Source of the DNA: Cercozoa sp. M6MM
Taxonomy: Eukaryota > Protista > Endomyxa: Ascetosporea
DNA: 64,000 nucleotides
Assembly: GCA_040357565.1 (NCBI GenBank)
Contig: JBDODJ010000001.1
Reading direction: 5' to 3' (one strand)
Shown here: piece by piece, positions 45,762-59,300 of the stretch
Numbering within the stretch: the stretch's first letter is position 1
Layout: each line of letters opens with the position of its first letter
Notes under the pieces: model-generated
Seen by the model: the letters and a program-made list of their open reading frames with translations, nothing else
What the model was told of the DNA's origin: nothing
The model's database searches: none
Program-made: the position numbers and the translations under genes

Positions 45762-47309
45762 CACGCACACACACACAAGAAAGAGAGAGAGAGAGGGGAA
45801 AACAAAGAGAGGGGGTGGTACTCTTGACCACGACCATGGCAGGCGGCTTCTCCATGAAGCCCTCGACGGCAGCAAGCTTCGTGCGGATGCCGAACATCGA
45901 GCGCAACCCATCCAAGTTTTCCAGGAACGCAACAGGCCATTGCAGGTAGCCAGCCGCGTGCTCCAGGAAGGACAGAGTGCTGCCGGCCTTGTCGGCGACG
46001 GCTTTGCCCGTGTCAGTGTAGATGCCGTTGAAGTACTTGCCGACAGCGTGGCCCGGAGCCTCGATGAACTCCCACGCCATATGCTGTTGACCGACCTTGA
46101 ACAGGTTGGCGTTTCCAAGCAATCCACCGTTGATGGCTGTGAGCGCAGGTCTTGCAGTGTTTGTGAAAGCATCGGCAAGCAGGTCCGCCGCGAATCTGCG
46201 ATAGGCTCCGATGCGAGCTTGATCCACTTCGAGAGCGTCGACAGCGTCGATGTAGGCATCAGCGCGACGGTGCATCTCTTCGGCAATGACACCCATGGCA
46301 GTAGGAATGTCCTTCGCGATCGCTGCCTTCCACTTCTTCTGCGCGTCGTCTGGTTTATCGAAGTAGACCTGCGTGAGAGCGGTGGCATGAGCGGCCAGTC
46401 GATTCACGAAACACTCCCCGGCTGTCACCATGCGCGCGCCGTGAATCACGTCCTCCACGTAGCGATCGAGACGGTCGTACTGAACATAAGTCATATGGCA
46501 GCATCAGTCATACAGTATTAAGGCAGCATACGTAGGCCTTAAGAAGCGTGGCTTCGTGTCCCTGACCGGTCACAGCCTGACGTGCCGTGTCGATGTGCTT
46601 ATGCCAGTCGCTGATCCACGTGGCACTGTCACCGCCCTCCACGACGAACTTGCGCAACTCGGCGTACTCCTTCTCGTGCGTGGCAGGGTTGGGACAGGCA
46701 CCGGCCAGAGCACCGCCGGACGGGCGCAAGTGGCCACCTGCTGCCTGCGGGAGAGAGTGTGCGAGGTCAAGATCGCCCTTTTGCGGCACCCTGTACAGCC
46801 ACACAGAACAAAGTGCGAATATACAGGGACGTGGAAGAGTGCAAGTCGTACCATTCCAAGTACTGCTTCAGTGTAGGGAAGGCAGTGACATTAGCACCGA
46901 CAACAGCCAATCCAGCCCAGTCTAGTGGCAAGAAAGCAGCCGTCACTGGTGTTTGCAGTTTGAGAAGGTCGTCGCACGTAGTGGGCGCAGGTCCAAATAT
47001 GGGAAGCCCCATGCCCTGAATGATGAAGTGAGTCAAGGCTAAGTTTGTGGGTGTGCACGCGTCCAGCAGATTCGTAAACTGTCGCGCAATCACGAAATCC
47101 GGGTCAGGCGAAACGACCACTGGCGTGGTAGCGTCAACCTTGTAGCGGTCGACCTGACCGGCAGCGGTCGGATCGGTGATCTTAGGTGCCGCACCACCAA
47201 CAAAATCTGGCAGCAACTGCTGGTAGCCGGCGAGGTAGGGCGTCGCCATGCCGAGTGCTCCGGTCGTAGCGACGGCAACGGCCAGTGCAGCTTTCAGTAG
47301 CATCTTCAT
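45630..47309 (-). CDS. Secreted hypothetical protein (~480 aa, 4 exons)
   Basis: Signal peptide MKMLLKAALAVAVATTGALG; three long GC3-rich ORFs joined by introns; terminal micro-exon TDILFG*. Confidence 0.75.
45689..45793. repeat. (CA)n-(GA)n microsatellite, intronic
   Basis: Directly visible. Confidence 0.95.
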
Positions 47310-48118
47310 TGCAGTCTATCCCAAAGGCAGCATGAGATTTGACACACAACAGAATTCTTTGACAGGTCGTTTACCGTAGTGATTGCCGTCAGCAGTTGAA
47401 TCGAGCAACAAAAGAGTCAGCTGTTGCGTGTTTCTTCTCTCTGCGACACACGGACAGTTTATTCCAAGAAAAGCGCAAAGCCCTCCGAAACCACAAATCA
47501 CACGCTCTCGAGTGCAGCGCATGCCTTCATGGGCCTTAACTGACTCAACTTACACTTTGAGATGTCGTCTAAATGCAAATCCGACGAGATTTCACAGTGG
47601 GAGACTTCTTGGAAAGAGAGCACTCGCACCTCACGCTTGCAGAGGGTGCTGCGCGTTCGGACTTTCATCTCGACCGCAGTTTGGGCAAACTGGAGATTGA
47701 AAGACTATTGACAACTACACTGCTGCCAATGAACGTTAAACTTTAGCCTTTCAACCGCAAATTGCAGTCTTTGAATCAGAATCCGGTTCCAGAAAAACAA
47801 CATTGTTGTTTCCAGATCACCGGTCATGGCAAAACAACTTTTGTTTCACGTATGCTCTCTGGAAGCGAAAAAAGGGCAAGAGTACACTTGCGTCGTGCTT
47901 TGTTAAAATAGCGGACAGACCACCCCGCAGTTAATTATTTTTTTAAAAACTTCTGTTACACTGACGGAGCCGACTGAACAATGTTGTTCAAGGCAAAAAC
48001 TGAACACCCTAGGGAGACTGTGCTGTGCGCCTGTCAAAATTGGATAAAACTCCGAATCCGAAAAAGTCGAGCTGTCTGAATAGTCTAATTTGCTCAGTTT
48101 ACGCGAATAATCGCAGTG

Positions 48119-51001
48119 ATGATCCCCATAAAACTGAGTCTGAGAGTGCTGCTGATACTGCAAACTGTGAGCGCGACGAACTCTCAGTTTGAAACTGAAA
48201 TTCTGAACTTCCACAATGTAGCCAGACGAAGGATAGGAGCTGCGGACATGCGCGCACTCACGTGGAACATCAGTCTTGCGACCTCTGCTGCAGTAGGCTG
48301 ACTTTTAACGAACTGACTCCAAATAACAAGTGATATTGATTGAAAGAGTTGGGCGTCACAATGCAATGGTGCACAAGTCGACCCGTCCCTCGCAGGAGCA
48401 GTCGGCGAGAACATGCACGTAGAGCCGAATGCAATGCCGAGTGCAATAGTATTGGCCAACAACAGCGTGATGCAGTGGGTCAGCGAGGGAGTGTCCTTCA
48501 ACGTGACTCAAGAAACCACATTAACCAAAATTGCTCAAGTCGGCCGATTCACTCAGTTGGCTTGGAGCAACACGACTTCTCTTGGGTGTGCATCGGCACA
48601 GTGTGGGACAGACACACTTGTGAGCTGTCGCTACTGGCCACCTGGCAACACTGGAATGAACACAGCAGCAGGCTGGGTCCTGCCTGCCAATTCTGTAAGA
48701 TATTGAGCAATGGCTGTTGTTTTCTCGGGTCAACCGAAGGTGTCACTAAATATATCTAGTAGGCTTGGCTACTGGGAGCGCCGTGTTCGTCGTGCGGCAG
48801 CGGGACTTCCTGTTTCGAAAGCTTGTGTGCAACAGCAGATGAAGCGATTCAGTTGGGCCTAAGTCCAGGCATACTGCGTGATCCAATGTCGGCGGTACCA
48901 CCAACATCACCGTGTGAGGCTGGTAAGTACCCTGTGTCGTCAAACTCGATGACGACATGCACCGCGTGTGACTGTGCCACTGACGTCGGGGCAGTCGACA
49001 ACAACTGTTTGCAGTCCCAACTGGTCGTTGCGGACCCAAGCAACGTCAACAACACGCTGACACTGGGCGTGGGTCAGTGCCGGTGTAGCGACTTTACTCA
49101 GTTCGGGGGTCGACGTTGTGCTCAGATGCCGTGTGGCATGGACTCTGACTGGTTTGTCTTGCCATTCAACTGTTTAAATTATCTGTCTCTCTATTTATTT
49201 AATCTGCTTCTCTATCGACTATCTACCTACCTACCTACCTACCTCCCTCCCTACCTGTCTACCTAACTACCTGCCACCTACCTACCTACCTACTTACCAA
49301 CCTACCAACCCATCTGACAACATCGTAGTCAACCCAGAGGTCGCTGCATCGACGGACATTGCACGTGCCTGCCCAACGCCGACGAGTTGTGCAAGAACTG
49401 TACCAACGGTTTCGCCTTCGACGCCACGAGTCGCACCTGCGTCTCCTGCGGCTGTAACGACGCTGGCACTCTGCGAGGTAGCTTTGACTGACAAAGATCA
49501 ATGACTGGCATTGCCCAACGAGCCACTTGATCAGTGCTGTGTGCACAGACAGTGCAGGTAGATTACGGTGCGACCAAGCCACTCAGAACTGCGTGTGTGC
49601 CGATCGTTTCTCGGGACAGAACTGCGCCATCGCCTCGTGCACCAGCGACGCCGACTGCGGCAACAACGGGCGTTGCGATGCAGCACAAGGCTGCGTCTGC
49701 AACACTGGCTACGCACCTCCACTGTGCACCACATGTGAGGACGGTTTCATTCTGCAGCCAGGCATCAATGGCTCCATGGTTTGCGAGGCATGCAACTGCT
49801 CTGTTGCCACCGGTGGTGCCTCCACTGCACAGTGTGACACTGGTAGATTTACTGTTCGGATTTATTGTATCCTTTCACACCCCTCCCCTTGTGACAGAGG
49901 GCTTCTGTACCTGTGCGACTGGTGCCTTTGGTCGTAAGTGTGACCGGCAACTCGAGTGCTCGGTGACAGTGGATGCTTCGACTGCTGCCGACCCTACTAC
50001 TGCTGCCTGTCGCAGTGCCGTTCTTAGTCTCGACGGCAGCTGTGTGCGAGGCGTGTGTATCACGGCACGCGATCGACTGATCTCGGTGCTGCTGCGGCGT
50101 GATACGACCGATTTGTTGACCAGTAGTTTCGTCACGTCCATCGAGTTTCGGCAGCAGGCAGCGCGCGAATTCGCTCGTGTCAACACAGTCAATGCTGACC
50201 ATTGTATACATACACTCTTAGTATCTTACAGAACTACGAGTACACTCTTTCGTTACTTTCTGCAACTTCAGTATGGATATCCGCTGAGGTGGCTGAGGAT
50301 GGTCTGTCTGTTGGAGTATTGATTGCTGTGCGTCCTTTGGTTGATGCGGTACTGTACCTCTCGCTATGCTTTCAATTAATCAGAGTAAATTACATAAGCA
50401 GAATGTTGACGATGCTGTGGCGGATATGGCGCGCGATGCAACCTTCGAAGCTGCGCTGGCCGCGCTCACGGATGCCCAGTCTTCCCTTCGTTTATCTGGG
50501 CAGATTTTCCGACTTACGGTCAAAGCGAATGAAGTGACAGGCGACATGCTTTTCGTACCAACAGTTTTCCTTTCACCTTACCTTTTAGTTCGCCATTTTG
50601 TCTCAGGCCGCGCGGCCGTCCGGAGGCACACCTGCACCCCGCACGAACGACTCAAACGACACCAGCGTGTTCACAGTTGTGTTCGTAGTAGTCGTCGTGG
50701 TGCTGCTTGTGCTAGCGCTGATCGTGTGGAAACTCACCACGCGGCGGCGCAGAAGGCGCTCGACTGACTCCGAGCAAACCCAAGAAACGAGCAACGAAAG
50801 CAGGCGCAGTGATCGAGGCGGTGGATTCGAGCCGACCGAGAATTCTCGGGTAAGTTTCAGTCTAACAGGTTTCTGATGCTTTTTAGTTTAATCCTGTTGA
50901 TCTTTTGCCCAGACAAAGAGCGACAGAATTCTGCGCTTACGCCAGCAACATCGGTACCCGAATCGCCACCAATCGACTTCGCAGGAAGAGATAAGTTTTG
51001 A
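48119..51001 (+). CDS. Type I membrane protein: CAP (SCP/PR-1) domain + EGF/laminin-EGF repeats + SEA-like region + TM
   Basis: ILNFHNVARR..MRALTWNISLA../ESWASQC..GENM..GRFTQLAWSNTTSLGCA..CRYWPPGN; CVCADRFSGQNC, CTCATGAFGRKC; TM VFTVVFVVVVVVLLVLALIVW followed by RRRRRR. Confidence 0.88.
49222..49310. repeat. (CTAC)n microsatellite, intronic
   Basis: Directly visible. Confidence 0.9.
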
Positions 51002-51248
51002 CAGCTTACTCGACGATTAGCCGAGTCGGTTAGTCTCGCTACCACTACTCCCGAGCAAGTGAAAGTTTTTCACTGGCGGAACCCTCCGAGTTGCGTTTAC
51101 AGTAACGTTATCCTTGCCGACGAACTGACTGAACGGATATTCAGTCAGTCACTTGAACTGAGTACGGGTACAATGTGTCGTAACAGCGACCGCTCATTAA
51201 CCACTGCCAGTTGCTCATCGGGCAAACTGCAGGCGTGGGAGACAAAAC

Positions 51249-54200
51249 CTACTGTATAGATACAGTCGGCTCAAAACTTGAGCTCACGGACAGACCGTTT
51301 ACGATGTGGCCACTTGCAGTGGCAATGGAAATCGTGCCTTGAAGTCCTTGAAAGGAGCTCAAGGCAGGATCGTCTGTGTGTTCATCGCGCAATGCTGCAT
51401 GCGACCGAAGCTCGTAGGCACTAGCTCTGTTTTCTGGTTTCCTGCTCAAAGCTGACGCTCTCGGCGTACTTGTGAAACAGTAAAGGAGAATTATTACGGT
51501 TGGAAGCACAGGCGGAAGAGATGCGAGAAATCCGCCGGAAGGAAGCGCAAGACGGCCAAGTTAAAGGAGTCGCAGCAGGGTGCACACGCACCGGCACTGG
51601 TATAGTTGGACCTGCTACTGTCTCCACTAGCGTCATGATGAAACGTTGCGTTTCCAGGGACACTGCGACTTCTCATCACCGGCGGCTGTATGCATGTGAG
51701 GGTATTAAAATTAACACACACACAAAACTAAAGACGGGAATGGCAATACCGTCGTTTCAAGCAAATCGCCTTGCGCATGCAGCGACATCAGCTCAAGGGT
51801 TTCCTGGACCCTCTTCTCCGCACCTTAAATTCGGTAGAGAGATAGTCATTGTACCCTCAAGGATGGCATCTGCATCTGGGTAACTCACTCACCTGCTCCG
51901 ACGTGCAACGGGTGATGCGGACACTCCGCAATGCACAGCATGTGTCGTTGCAAACAGCGATCCAGAAAACATGGTAGCCTTGCTTCGCCTGCTGCCAGTT
52001 GGTGCACTGGACGCACGCATTAGTCATGCAATAGAAGGAAATGGAATGGACACTGTGAGTAGTAGGTTTACCAATGATTCCGAAGGACCAGATGTCGAGC
52101 TGCTCACTCAACAGCAACGGTTGCTCGTTGGATAGTCGCATCGGCAAGGCACACACCTAGGTTTCACACATGCAAGATGTGGGTGCCGGTAGAGTGAATG
52201 CCACGCAAATTTCCTTTACCTCAGGGGCACGGCAGAACCACGTGCCAAAACAATCTCTCACGTGAATGATGCCGTCGCTTCCAAGGTAGCCTCCTGGAAG
52301 CTCACTGCACAAGATTTAGACTTGCCTGTTAGGATGATAGAGTAGTAGGACCCTACCTAGTAGGAGAGCAATGCCCAAAATCGGCAATACGAAGCTCAAG
52401 TTTCTCGTTGATCAAAATGTTGCTCATTTTGAGGTCGCAGTGTGTCCATCCATTCGAGTGCATATGTGACAGACCCGCCAAAATCTACGTGATGCAATAA
52501 TAGAGGAAACCGAGAAGCAAGTGAACTCACCTGTCGAGAAATGTGTCGTAGCATAAGCAGCCTGACGGTGGTTTCTTCGAGACAGTGTGCCGGCGTGTCG
52601 AGCCACTCGGTCGGTAGCGAGCTCATCGCACCGACAGCATTCGACAGCGTCGACAGCGAGCCGTACGAAGCGGTCGCCAGCCAGATCGCGCCTCCAAATT
52701 CGGTGTACGACGAATCAATCATTTGCACAATGTTCGGGTGCTTGGCTGTGTTGGATTTCAGAAACGACACTTCCGCGTTGAAGTCTCGTCTTGCCATGTC
52801 TGTGGGGAAAGCAGTACGCGGGTACAAAACCTGGATACTGAGGTGACAATAGGGTATTGCAGTTATGAGAGAAACTGAAGGTGGGGTGGGGTATTTTGAT
52901 GAATATGAACAAGTATGAAGGAAAGAGCTGCTAAATTGGGCTGGAGGAAATTGCAAGAGCACACCACTATCGCAGTCGACGCCGTGCTTTGCAAGACCGG
53001 CGAATCCTCCACGCTCAAAGTGTACCAGTTTCAACACTGCCACAAGACCGGTGTGCCTGCTCAATACCGGGCATCCCTCTATAAATAGAACGCCGTGAGC
53101 CATCAAGGGAAGTGAGCGGGGTACCGGTGTATGCAACGATGCACGTTGCCTCTGGTAGCAGTGCAAAGGCGTGCCACGATTACATACCAGTCGCCCAGTA
53201 CAATGACGTCTTCGCTGTTCTGGCAGAAAAACTGCTCGACGTGAGGACTCTTCTCGGTGGCTGTTTCCGTAGTCTCGGAGAAACTGAGGGTTTCGCCAGC
53301 AGAGGATTCATCACGGGCAGTTGTATGATGTGGCTCCAATTCACTCGACTTGTTCAGTGCAGCGGCCGTTTTCCGAGCGCAACAAGGTTGCAAGTTTGTG
53401 GTCAAATAAATGCATACGATCGCAAAAACCAAGGTGTGTAGTGCCAAAAGCACACCCAATCTCTTGCCTCGCAGCTATGCTCAAATAAGACGGTGACCCA
53501 TGTTTCAACTTCATTACCCCCGGTGCTGGTACCTCACGGTCAAGTCGAATGAGCACACGAGGAACGAGGGAGGGAGACACGGGCGGCGCTACCGTGGGAT
53601 CATGCTGGATCGCGTACATCCTCTTGTTCTTGTGTTTTTTGGGAGGCGAAGGCGGCGTCTTTGGCACTTTGGCCCTTTCCTTATTGCTCCTGGGCGTCTC
53701 TATTACAGTGAAACCTTCGTTATTGTCATAAGTATACTTTAGAGGTGTGAGTGGAAGAGGATACGAGGTGATGTCGGCTCACACGAATCGCAGCTGTTCC
53801 TGTCGCAATTGTCGGGACCCTGTGAATTGCTCTCAGTGCCGTCCTGTGTAGACATATGGATTTGCAGAGCTTTCAAAGAAGGTCTGGCTTTCTTCGCAGA
53901 GTGCTTATGACGGTGGCGCGGTCCTGCTGGTAGCAGTCTCTTCTGGAACTTTCTGACTGGAAAGGTTTCGAATCGGAACGGGCTCGCGCTGACGCGAATA
54001 AGGACTGCCTCAAAGTACGCCGGAAACTCCAGCAACACTCCAAGGTAACTGTCCTTTCCAGGTTGGGTTTTGAACGGGTCGTTGCGTGCGTCTTGGCGAT
54101 GCTCAAGCGCATGTCGACACTTTTCGTCAAAGTCAAGGCGGCTCACAAAGTCGCACACCTCTGCGTGGCAACAGCAGCAAAGCTCAAAGCAACACGGAAA

Positions 54201-55976
54201 TGAAACCAGTGAGTACAACTTCATGAAGACATGGACTACTAAATTTTCAGTGTAAACTTACCGACTTGGTCTAGAGGTGCTGAGTCAAGAGTGTCTACAC
54301 CACGTTTTAACACGGCAGCGCAGAATTGAAGACAGTCAGAAACGTCATCAACCTCAACGTGACCATGGGTGTCGAGACATTTTCTGCTCGCAACCGGATG
54401 ATAGAGTGCAGAGACTTGTAGTATGAACTTGAAGAAGAATGTAAATTTACACAAGCGTGATGGCGAGCAGACACAGCCACACCAAACGCATTGCACACGC
54501 AGACTCACACACTTCGTCACTTGTATAGTTTGCCGGACCGCGCCAAAGTACCATGCCAATCTTCGGACTTTCGCCACCGCACATCCGCTCGGACAACGCA
54601 CCGTCAGCAACAATCTAGTATCCACGCTAGTGCTGTGAATTAACTGCGTAGTAAAGCATCGAGTTAGATAGTTCAGTCTACTATGAAACCGACTCTGTCG
54701 TAAAGCATTTTACTGTCAGCTATACTTACAGGAAGTGCAGTTCTGCGAAGTGTATGTCCGTCATGCACCTTCAGCCAGGTAGAGAAACTTGCGTTTACGT
54801 CACTTCAGTTGCCGTAGGTATTATCGTATCGTATGTACTAGTACACGACAGTAAATAGTAAACTAATATGTGCGTAGGGCTCAGCATCGGCAGCGGGTAT
54901 TCAGTACAAACGGAGGCCTTGGTGCACAGGCATGACGTAGCGCATTCTTTTGAGTATGCAAGGCAGTATTAAAGAGAGACAGAAACCATCGATTACCGCA
55001 CGGTAGTATTAAGAGAGAGAGAGAGAGTAGTACGCAGTGGTAGTGCGTGGGGTGAAGGTCCCGTAGGCCAAGGCAGAGTTGCCACTGCCGCTGCGTTGGA
55101 GTCGCGTGCCCAACGTAGGCGACATGAAGTTTGGAAACACCGAGCACAGGTGCTCCAGGATGATGCTTGTGGCCTTGTGCAACTACATGCACACAACAGG
55201 CAAGCATTGCAAGAAGGCAAGTGTGTGTGTATGTGCATCTAACACACCTGGATGGCCACACTGTCGACCACGACAGAGGGCGTGTCGCACTTGGCCACCT
55301 GGAGGCGCTGCTGCAGTGCCTCTCCCGTCTTGAGCAGCTCGTACGGCAGGTAGGCGCGTATCTTGCGATGCGTCAAATCCTCGCGACGGTACACCTGCTG
55401 CCGCAACGGCACCGACACGTGCTCTAGCGACCAGCTTGTGAGCCAACTGAAGCAACAGAATCCAACGAAACGCAGGAGACCCCCTTCCCTTCCCCCAGCT
55501 CAGAGTGAAGCAACGCACGTGTCCATCAGGAAGGGAACAGTCGAGGCAAAGTTGCGAACCTCGCTCAGCAACTGATCATTCGACGTCGTGTACACCGAGG
55601 CCGACGGTACTTGGACCGTGCGGAGGTGCGAAACGCCGCGCAGCGCACTCAAACGCGGCGTGTAGCCACACTGCGCACTGTCGACTGTCCTGACGACACT
55701 GCTGCCACTGGCACTGCCGGTGCGACATGCAGTCACTGTACGCTCGTACACTGGCACCATCTCGCCGTCCGGCAGACTCACTTCCAGCACTCCTCGGAAA
55801 CGACTCGTTGGCGCCGACGATGTGCACGGCACTACCGGCACGATCTCTCCATCTGGCAGCGAGACACGCCACTCGACCTGAGCAGCCCGCTCTGAGGCAC
55901 GTGGCGAGCTGCCCATTCGGCTTGACGAAGCCGCCAGCACACTGCTGCACAGCAGCAACGCGAGCACTCCCAGCAT
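51249..55976 (-). CDS. Single-pass receptor-like Ser/Thr kinase with unrecognised ectodomain
   Basis: Signal peptide [15 protein letters not shown]; [20 protein letters not shown] (~53400-53460); kinase [68 protein letters not shown]. Continuity of the ectodomain exons is inferred. Confidence 0.72.
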
Positions 55977-56360
55977 GCGTCCTCACTAGATGTCTTGGAG
56001 GTTGCAAGCTTGGAAGGACAACGGGATGCCAGCCGAAATCCATCCATGTCACGCTGCTTTCACGCCACCCGCATAAAACTCAAGACTATTTAAGCACTGA
56101 ATTAAACCAGTCGTGCGTTGTCAGACTATTCTAATTGTCGCAAGCATATCCCCAGAGGCACCAAAATAAAAGAAAAAGCGGACATGGCGTATTCGCGTGT
56201 CTGTTTTTAGATATAATTCGCGCCGCGTTGGTTTAAGTTTGCGTACTACCTCTTGTAGGGTAATTTAGCTAGAGTCCTGTATGCTGTGCCAAATAATTGG
56301 AATCAAAACGGCTGATCATTTTCTCTGATTCCAGGAGGCTTGTATTCAGTGTGACACGTC

Positions 56361-59300
56361 ATGCGTCTCCGCGCGTACAGAGATCTGTGTCTGCGACTAG
56401 GTGTTCTCGCCTTTGTGGGTGCACTTCATCATGAGGCGACGAGACCGCTTGCTTCGCCGTTGCGTTTCAAGAGTAGTCGTTTCGTGTACGCGCAAGAACC
56501 GACTGACGAATCCGAACAGGAAACTACACTCACGGGTGAGCAGTTGGTCGAGCAGGCCACCAAGCGTTTGTTTCCGCCCCAAAGCGGCCTTCCTGATGTG
56601 AGTTTTGGTTTCTTGTGCTATTAAATGCAAAATATATCATGTGGCATGACACTGACGTGACTTTTTTATCGAGCAGATGACTGCCGATGAGGTCGCAGAG
56701 CACTGCGATGCCAGTTCGGCCTACGTCTGTGTCGGAAACGGCGTGTTTGATGTGACTAGTTTCCTGACAGCCCATCCCGGCGGACGCAATCGACTCCTGC
56801 TCGCTGCTGGCGGTCGTGTTGAGCCGTAATTGTATTTTATATTTTTTCAGTTTGGGTTTGTTCTGAACTGAACTGACTGAACCGATCTTGTGTGTGTCTG
56901 TGTGTGTGTGCATGTGTGTATATGCAGTTTCTGGGCGCAATACAACCACCCGCCGGACCGAGTGGTCTCAATTCTCGAACCGCTGCGCGTGGGCAATATT
57001 TCAGATGAAGAGTTGCGCAAGCTGTCTCAAGACGCGCCGGTGCCTGCTTCGGGCGAGAGCGACAACAACTATACGGCTGAGCCGCGTCGAAACCGCGCAC
57101 TTCTCGTGCACGCTGAGGTGCGTTTCTCTTTCATATTTTGGTTTTTCTTTCGTTTTTATTGAGCCTTTGCTTTGTGTGACTGAGTCTGCTTTGGTGCTGT
57201 AGCGACCCTTTAATGCGGAGCCACCAGGCGAGATGCTGAGCGACTCGTTTTTGACGCCGCCGGCGCTGTTCTACGTGCGCAATCACTTTGCCGTGCCTGC
57301 TGTGGACCCTGCGACCTTCCGACTCAAGGTGGAGCTGGGTGCGTTTCTCCTCTAAAGAATATTAATATAACACTCAGTGTTTTTCATTGTTTTACTTGTC
57401 AGAGGAGATTGATGAAAGCGGAAACGTGACGATTCGTCAGTTGGGCGAAGTTTCGCTCGATGAACTCGCTCGAATGCCGCAGTATTTTAGTTTTGAGTTT
57501 TGTGCATTTTCTGTATTTTGACTGGATTGAACTGCACGCAGATCGGCGGCTTTGACGACGCTTCAGTGCGCTGGAAACCGACGAAAGGACATGTCCCAAG
57601 TGCGGCCAGTTAGGTACTCTTGGTTCTAGTTAGTTTAAGATAGTTTTCTTTTCTAATTGTTTATTTGATTGGAGTGGTTTGGTTTAGTGGTCTCGAATGG
57701 AGAGGCGGCGCCATGGGAACGGCGCTATGGGCCGGCGTTCCTCTCTGGTAGCATGTGTACTGTCCCCTCTATATCCCAATCTACCCTTTACTGCGCTATG
57801 CAGGCACCTGTTGCTGAAGCACTTCAAACTGAGCGAGAGTGAACTGCGCGCGCAAGGCATCGCGCACGTGCAAATGTTTGGTCTCGATGTCGACGCCAAC
57901 GACGCCAGCGAGTGCTTTCGCGTGTCGGTATCGAGATTTACCCCCCCTCAACCTCTTTACCTTCTGCCCTCCCTGTTAACCCTCACCTCCTGTTTATCTC
58001 ATTGTTATCCCCATTGTTGTACCCCATTGTTATCCCCATTGTTATCCCCATTGTTATACTCTCATTTAAATTGATGAGTTCTCTCTCCCTCTACCTTTCT
58101 TCAGCAACCTTTACCCCCCCCCCCAGGTGCCGTTGGACAAGGTGTTGGCACTCAAGGGCGATGTGTTGTTGGCGACGCACATGAACGGTGCCGCTCTGCC
58201 GCGCGATCACGGTTTCCCACTGCGTGCCATTGTGCCGTACTTTGGCTTTACCCCCATCCCCTACCCCTTAACCTACCCCTTACCCCTACTCCATTTACCC
58301 ATTTACCCCCCCCCCCCCTTAAGTGGTTTCGTGGGCGCGCGCAACGTCAAGTGGCTTGGCACGCTGCGTTTGGCGCGCGCCGAGGTCGAATCGCGCTGGC
58401 AGACTGGACTCGCATGTACCTCCTCTGTACTTAAAGACGCGGACTCAAATCCTATTGTACGGTCCATGTGTACCGCTATTTGGACAGACAAGGGACTGCC
58501 ACCCAATGTGGACTGGCAGGACGCCGATCCGAGTCGCCGATCGCTCAAGGAACTCAGGTGGGATTACCTTCGTGAAAGGGACTGTATATAGTAAAAGGGA
58601 CTGTGTATAGTTAAAGGGACTGTGTGTATAGTTAAAGGGGGGTAGCAGTAGTTAAGGGTGAGTGTGTGCACGTGCAGACCGATCAATGAGCTGCCGGTGC
58701 AGAGTGTGATCACGCTGCCGTGCGCATCGACGCAGATTGAAGTCTCGCTCGACACTGTCAGTGTAGCACTTGAACTACCTTGTCTGACTGGACTGTCCAC
58801 CTGGACTGGACTGGACCCCGGTCTGTACCGTGGACTGGACTATACGCTGGACTTGGAACTGTACAGAACGTGAGCATCCCGGTCAGTGGCGTCGCCTACA
58901 GCGGCGGCGGTCGGCGCATCGAGCGCGTCGAAGTCTCCGCCGATGGCGTACTGTGCTTAACTCCCTCCCCACCCCTTTAACCCCCCCCCCCCTCGGTTAG
59001 GGCCAAACCTGGCACTCGGCGAAATTGCGTCGCGCCAACGAAGAACTCGCCGAACAAACCGTACACTTTCCCTGGGAGGGATAGGGGGGGTAAAGAGGGG
59101 CATAACTGCAACTTGTGGTTTCGCAGAAGAAATCGCCGCAAATTCGGCAAGCTGTCGAAAATCTCAACGAGTGGAGGTAGCCTTGGGATATACAGGTAGG
59201 GGGTAAAGGTAGGGGTAAAGGAGGGGTAAGTCTGTTACAAATGCGAGTGCAGTCGGTGCTGGGCGTGGTCGCTGTGGCACTGCGATGTCACTCTGCCCGA

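Noticed and set aside
54721-54735. ATACTTAC resembling the U1 snRNA 5' end (also ~39394)
   Set aside because: Better explained as the reverse complement of a GTAAGTAT donor in minus-strand genes; no U1 stem-loops or Sm site follow.
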